A stretch of 64,000 nt of DNA from Squalus acanthias (Eukaryota): positions 24,180,001-24,244,000 of the forward strand of contig CM059431.1 of the NCBI GenBank assembly GCA_030390025.1. The letters are read 5' to 3'. Under the pieces are notes generated by a model that did no database searches, was not told the DNA's origin, and saw only the letters and a program-made list of their open reading frames with translations. The position numbers and the translations under genes are program-made. Within the stretch, counting starts at the first letter, position 1; every line of letters begins with the position of its first letter. Shown here piece after piece: positions 59,291 through 64,000 of the stretch.

Positions 59291-60253
59291 CAAAATTGAA
59301 GACAATGTTCCTAAGATTACTTAAACATTTATATATAGTAAAAGGCAGCCATTTTGTTTACTTTCTACAACACCTTTAATGTGAGAAAAATCATGAGCCT
59401 GCTTTTTAAAAAAAACAAAATTAAATGTCTGGTTTATTTTAAAATCAGAACAGGAAGAAAAAAAGTTATCGGCAAAATTGTTCCCCAACATCCTTAATTA
59501 CAAACTAATTCAGTTAACGTAAATTAAAGATGTACTGTCTGGCATTGTTAAGAGACACACAGATTCTAAACAAAATGTTTGCAATGGAAACAAAATAAAA
59601 ACCAGTCCAAAAACAGCATTATCCACAAGGGTCCTGCTGGCAGAATTCATAAAAAGCAATCTAAGGACACAACTGTGAAACAAATCAACAGTGGTTCTCT
59701 TAGCTATCAGGAAAAGAAATTAGACAGGTTGAGTTGCATTTTTTTTTTACATTATACTGAATTCCACTGGATAATTATTTCCCACAAACAAGTTTTATAT
59801 GGTTTACCAGAACCATCTACTATCCATTTTTTATTGGGGTAAGTGTAAAAATAGTGCATGAAAAATGTTCCTTGAGGACACAGTACTTATAAATTTACTG
59901 TGCACATTTTTTTAAACTTTGAAAATGGCAATTGTGCATGAAAAACAATAGTGTCTCTTTCTTCTGCCAACTGCTATCAAAACACATTTTGTCAGGAATA
60001 TTTATTGTACTCCAGAACAAAATGACTCTCAAGACCCACTTTGCTCTCCATTGTTTAAATGGAAGTAGTCCATTAATTTATTGGTTGCTGGGCACCATAT
60101 TAGGACAGAATGCAAAATAGTTTCTAAGATGCATTTAACAAAAGGTGTTTCCACTACTTCAACAGCTAATGTACCCTTAAGGAAGTACGGAAAGAATAAA
60201 ACATAATCACAATATATTTTAAACTGTTTTCAGGCTTAATATTTAAACACAAT

Positions 60254-60402
60254 AAGAACATAAGAACATAAGAAATAGGAGCAGGAGTAGGCCAATCGGC
60301 CCTTCGAGCCTGCTCCGCCATTCAATAAGATCATGGCTGATCTGATCCTCACCTCAAATCTAAAGAACACAAGAAGTAGGAGCAGGACCCGGCCACTCAG
60401 CC
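60254..60402 (-). mobile_element. CR1 3' tail fragments in tandem
   Basis: (aagaacat)n aggagcaggagtaggcc...tcatggctgatc, then a second aagaagtaggagcagga start. Confidence 0.75.
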
Positions 60403-60407
60403 ACAAT

Positions 60408-61140
60408 GGGCTGTATATTCCGATCCCTACGAGTGTGTACGGGCTGTGTACACACCCGTAGGGACATCGGAAATGCCGGTTTCAGGCATGCCAAGCGCAT
60501 GCACTGAAAACCTGCATTTCCGATCTCAGACGCCTGCCCGAGAGAAGGGCCTCTGCGGGCGGATAGTTCCGCTTTCTGGAGAATCTCCGCCCGTAGAAAA
60601 CCCTTAGAAATCTTACACCTGGTAAAAGCAGGCATAAGGCCTGCTTTTACCAGCATAAGAGTTGAAAAAAGTAAAAAAAAAAATTTCACTCATTTATCAT
60701 TTAAAAATTTTTTATAAAAAGGTAAGTTTATTTTTAGCCCCATAAAAAACTTTATGTACTTTTTTCAAAAAATTAAATATGTTTAAAATATTTAATTTAT
60801 TGTAATTTCAACTCATTTTAAAAATGTGATTTAAAAAAAAATGTATTTAATGTTTCACAGTGTTTTTGGGGTGATCACCATTCATATATTTGACAGGTCT
60901 ATCTGTCAAGTGTATGAAGGGAGATTCCCATCTCCTATTGGCTCCCCATGGCCCACGTGATCCCAGGGACGCTTGCGAACCGCATGCGCCTCTGGGATAC
61001 GTGGGCCCTGTGCATTTCGAGTTTGGAGAGGCCCAGGAACGGAAGTATAAGCACCTCGGGAGACCTCAGGTAAGTCCGTAGATTTTTTCCAGATCGGAGG
61101 CCTCCGCACGCAGGAAGCCTCCGATCAGAAAATACGGGCC
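60408..61140. mobile_element. Non-autonomous Harbinger-type element with multi-hairpin interior
   Basis: TIR gggctgtatattccgatc / gatcagaaaatacgggcc, TSD AAT. Confidence 0.85.
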
Positions 61141-61234
61141 AATCTCTTAGGTATTCTGCAGTCTGACCTAGTTTGTGCCAGTGTAGAAACATGAACTGAT
61201 AACTCATATTTGATTGAATCATATGAAGTTTCAT

Positions 61235-61986
61235 GGCCTGGAGTTTCTGCTCGATTGCGCTGGTTTTTTTCGGCACAATTCACCCGATATCGGCATAACC
61301 GGTGCAAAATATCACAGAATTTTAAGCGCAAATTGCGTTCAGCGCAACTCGAGTTTCTGTGATCTTTTGTGCTAGTTTAAAAAACATCGCACTAGAAGCA
61401 GGCCCCATCCACAAAATTGGCCACGCTCCCAGGGTGAATTAATCACCATTGGGAGTTTCCGCTAATTGCGCTTGTTTGCAGGCCTTCGAGGAGGCTCTAA
61501 AAATTAAGCTGGATCTTTTGGGTGCAAGGACACTAATAGATATGTTTTGGAAGGTTTTTAATGATTTTTTAAAAATTTACTAAGGATCTGACTACTATAC
61601 TCAAATCTAACTTGAAAACAGTTTTGTATATTTTTTTTTAAAAGTCATTTTCAGTAATTTAAAACCAGGTTACTCACAAGTGGTACTGTAGATTGACACT
61701 GTGATTTAAAATGCTTATTTTTTTGTGATAAACCCATTTTCAGCTGTATAAATCAAACTTTACCAAGTTACCACTCTTAAATATATCATGGAATATTTTT
61801 TAAAGCAAGATTTTTTTTAAATGATGTTTCAAAAAGCTGCCCGATTGCGCTGGTTCAAGGCAGATTTTGCATTCAGCGATATGCAAATGAGTTTGAGCGG
61901 AAACCCAGGGGGGGGGAAGAGACGCTTTTCAAAATGGGCGCAATTTGCGCCAGAATCCCGATCGCGGTCAAAGTGGAAACTACCCC
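61235..61986. mobile_element. Probable non-autonomous Harbinger-type element (different family)
   Basis: CAT on both flanks, degenerate termini ggcctggagtttc / gaaactacccc, CpG-rich ends with repeated ttgcgc/gcgcaa around an AT-rich core. Confidence 0.55.
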
Positions 61987-62061
61987 CATATGTTTAATAA
62001 TATATTAATACAAATATAAAATGTCAAAATAGATGACAAGTGCTAAGTTAAAACAGACTCT

Positions 62062-62680
62062 GGGCCAGAATTTGCTGGAGCAGGGCATCTCGTGGTGTGC
62101 CCGGTTAGACATTTTCCTGCACCTTTCAGCTCAAAGATGTTTTGCCGTCTAAGTTTCTGGAAGTGTGAGCGGTGAGGGCAACAGGGTATCTGGGAACTTG
62201 GTGAATGACGGGCCCAGCAGTGTATCTCCTGAACCAATTAGATTTAAGGATTGAGAAATAAAGAGGAAGGACTGAGAGGGAGGGCGAATTCAATCTCAAA
62301 TCAGGTACAGAAAGAGAAATAAAGAGGTAAAGAAAGATTAGATTGTGAGAGAGAGAGAAAAAAGACAGAAAGGAAAATTTAAAAAAATTAAAAAGTAAAC
62401 ATTTTTTAAATCTCCAACAACAATTCACTACCTGAAGGAATGAGACTCCACACTTTTAATTGTTCACTTTCTGGACCAGAAAGGTTGATTGGCATTCATT
62501 AACAATTATCAAGTTGTTAAAAGGGTACTTATACTATTAATTACTGAACTTAACTTTCTGTGGCATGTTTAATGGGCAATTAATCTGCAAATACAGCAAC
62601 TTCATAAAACTCACGGGGAGGTTAAGCGTGAGGTGCCGTTTTCGGGAAACTGTCCAGCAACTTGTAATGTACCCCGAGAA
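62062..62680. mobile_element. Truncated Harbinger-type element related to 32689/37160
   Basis: gggccagaatttgc terminus; GA-rich block and gaaggaatgagactccacactt shared with 38270-38410. Confidence 0.7.
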
Positions 62681-63034
62681 TTGTGAATCTCTACAACAGC
62701 GACTTCACTTCAAAAGTACTTCATTGACTGTAAAGCACTTTGAGATGTCCAGTGGTCGTGAAAGGCGCTATATAAATGCAAGTCTTTCATTTTTTCTTTA
62801 TTTCTTCCTAGACACAATTTGCTGACCGATTTTCATGTTAATAAGTGTAAGTCGTTCACACAATGTTATTTTTTCAGCAAATTCCATCCCTTTATGTTTA
62901 ACCAATCTTTAAAGATGAAGTATATTCATCTAAAGCGCAGCACAATCCTAAATGTATAACCTCCTCTGTTGTTTGTGCATCAGTGCATCAGATGGTGTGG
63001 TACTGAGTTACGCAATTTCCATTTATGTAGCTCT

Positions 63035-64000
63035 CTTCATCGCACCAATGCTCTTCTCGATCTTCCTGGCTGCAATGCTCCATCTCACCCTCAGTAAGCT
63101 CCCCGCTGGAGTGGAGCTAATCTACAGAACAAACGGGAAACTGTTCAAGCTCCGTCACCTCCAGTCCAGATCCAAGGTCGTCCCATCCTCTGTCATCGAA
63201 TTACAGTATGCAGACGACGCTTGCGTCTGCGCACACTCTGAGGTCAACCTCCAAACTATCGTCAACACCTTCACCGAAGCGTACGAGAGCATGGGTCTTA
63301 CACTAAACATCCGTACCTCTACCAACCTGCCCCCACCACACAGTACTGCCCTCCGATTATCAAAATCCACAACAAGGCCTTGGACAACGTGGACCACTTT
63401 CCATATCTCGGGAGCCTACTGTCAACAAGGGCAGACGTCGATGACGAAGTCCAACACCGCCTTCAGTGTGCCAGTGCAGCCTTCGGTCGCCTGAGGAAGA
63501 GAGTGTTTGAAGACCAGGACCTCAAACCCGGCACTAAGCTCATGGTCTACAGAGCAATAGTGATATCCACCCTCCTGTATGCTTCAGAAACATGGACCAT
63601 GTACAGCAGGCACCTCAAAGCACTGGAGAGGTACCACCAACGCTGCCTCCACAAGATCCTGCAAATCCATTGGCAGGATAAGCGCACCAACATCAGTGTT
63701 CTCGCTCAGGCCAACATCCCCAACTACGAAGCTTTGGCCACGCTCGATCAGCTCCGATGGACGGGCCACATCGTCCGCATGTCCGATACGAGACTCCCAA
63801 AGCAAGCGCTCTACTCGGAGCTTCGATACGGCAGGAGAGTCCCAGGTGGGCAAAGGAAACGCTTCAAGGACACCCTCAAAGCCTCTTTGAAAAAGTGCAA
63901 CATCCCCACCGACACCTGGGAATCCCTGGCCCAAGACCGAACAAAGTGGAGGAGAAGCATCCGGGAAGGCGCCGAACACCTCGAGTCTCTTCGCCGGGAG
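63035..64000 (+). mobile_element. RTE-clade LINE (BovB-like) RT and C-terminal region, frameshifted, runs off the window
   Basis: APMLFSIFLAAML...YRTNGKLF...ELQYADDAC; next frame VDHFPYLGSLL..ASAAFGRL..LLYASETW..HQRCL..RWTGHIVRM..RLPKQ..RKRFKDTLK. Confidence 0.9.

Overview
Vertebrate genomic DNA, very probably a shark or other elasmobranch (inferred from HE1-like SINE, Deu-domain SINE, CR1/L2/RTE/Penelope/Harbinger repeat content). The only host gene is COG6 on the minus strand. Nine coding exons, equivalent to human exons 5-13, lie between 102 and 25083 with GT-AG junctions and a continuous reading frame. I could not find exon 4 in the remaining ~39 kb, which I read as intron. The introns are packed with mobile DNA: one CR1 with an uninterrupted 953-aa ORF2, many decayed CR1/L2/RTE LINEs, several SINE families, two Tigger-like MITEs, PIF/Harbinger remnants and non-autonomous derivatives (often nested), and three short palindromic Penelope-type insertions carrying hammerhead ribozyme cores. 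The most notable observations are (i) a Penelope insertion whose 50-bp inverted repeat exactly closes a hammerhead core in COG6 pre-mRNA sense, and (ii) a family of Harbinger-type elements with a conserved series of hairpins showing compensatory changes, promoter-like motifs and splice donors. Repeat family names come from motif recognition, not database searches. Ends of decayed repeats are approximate.
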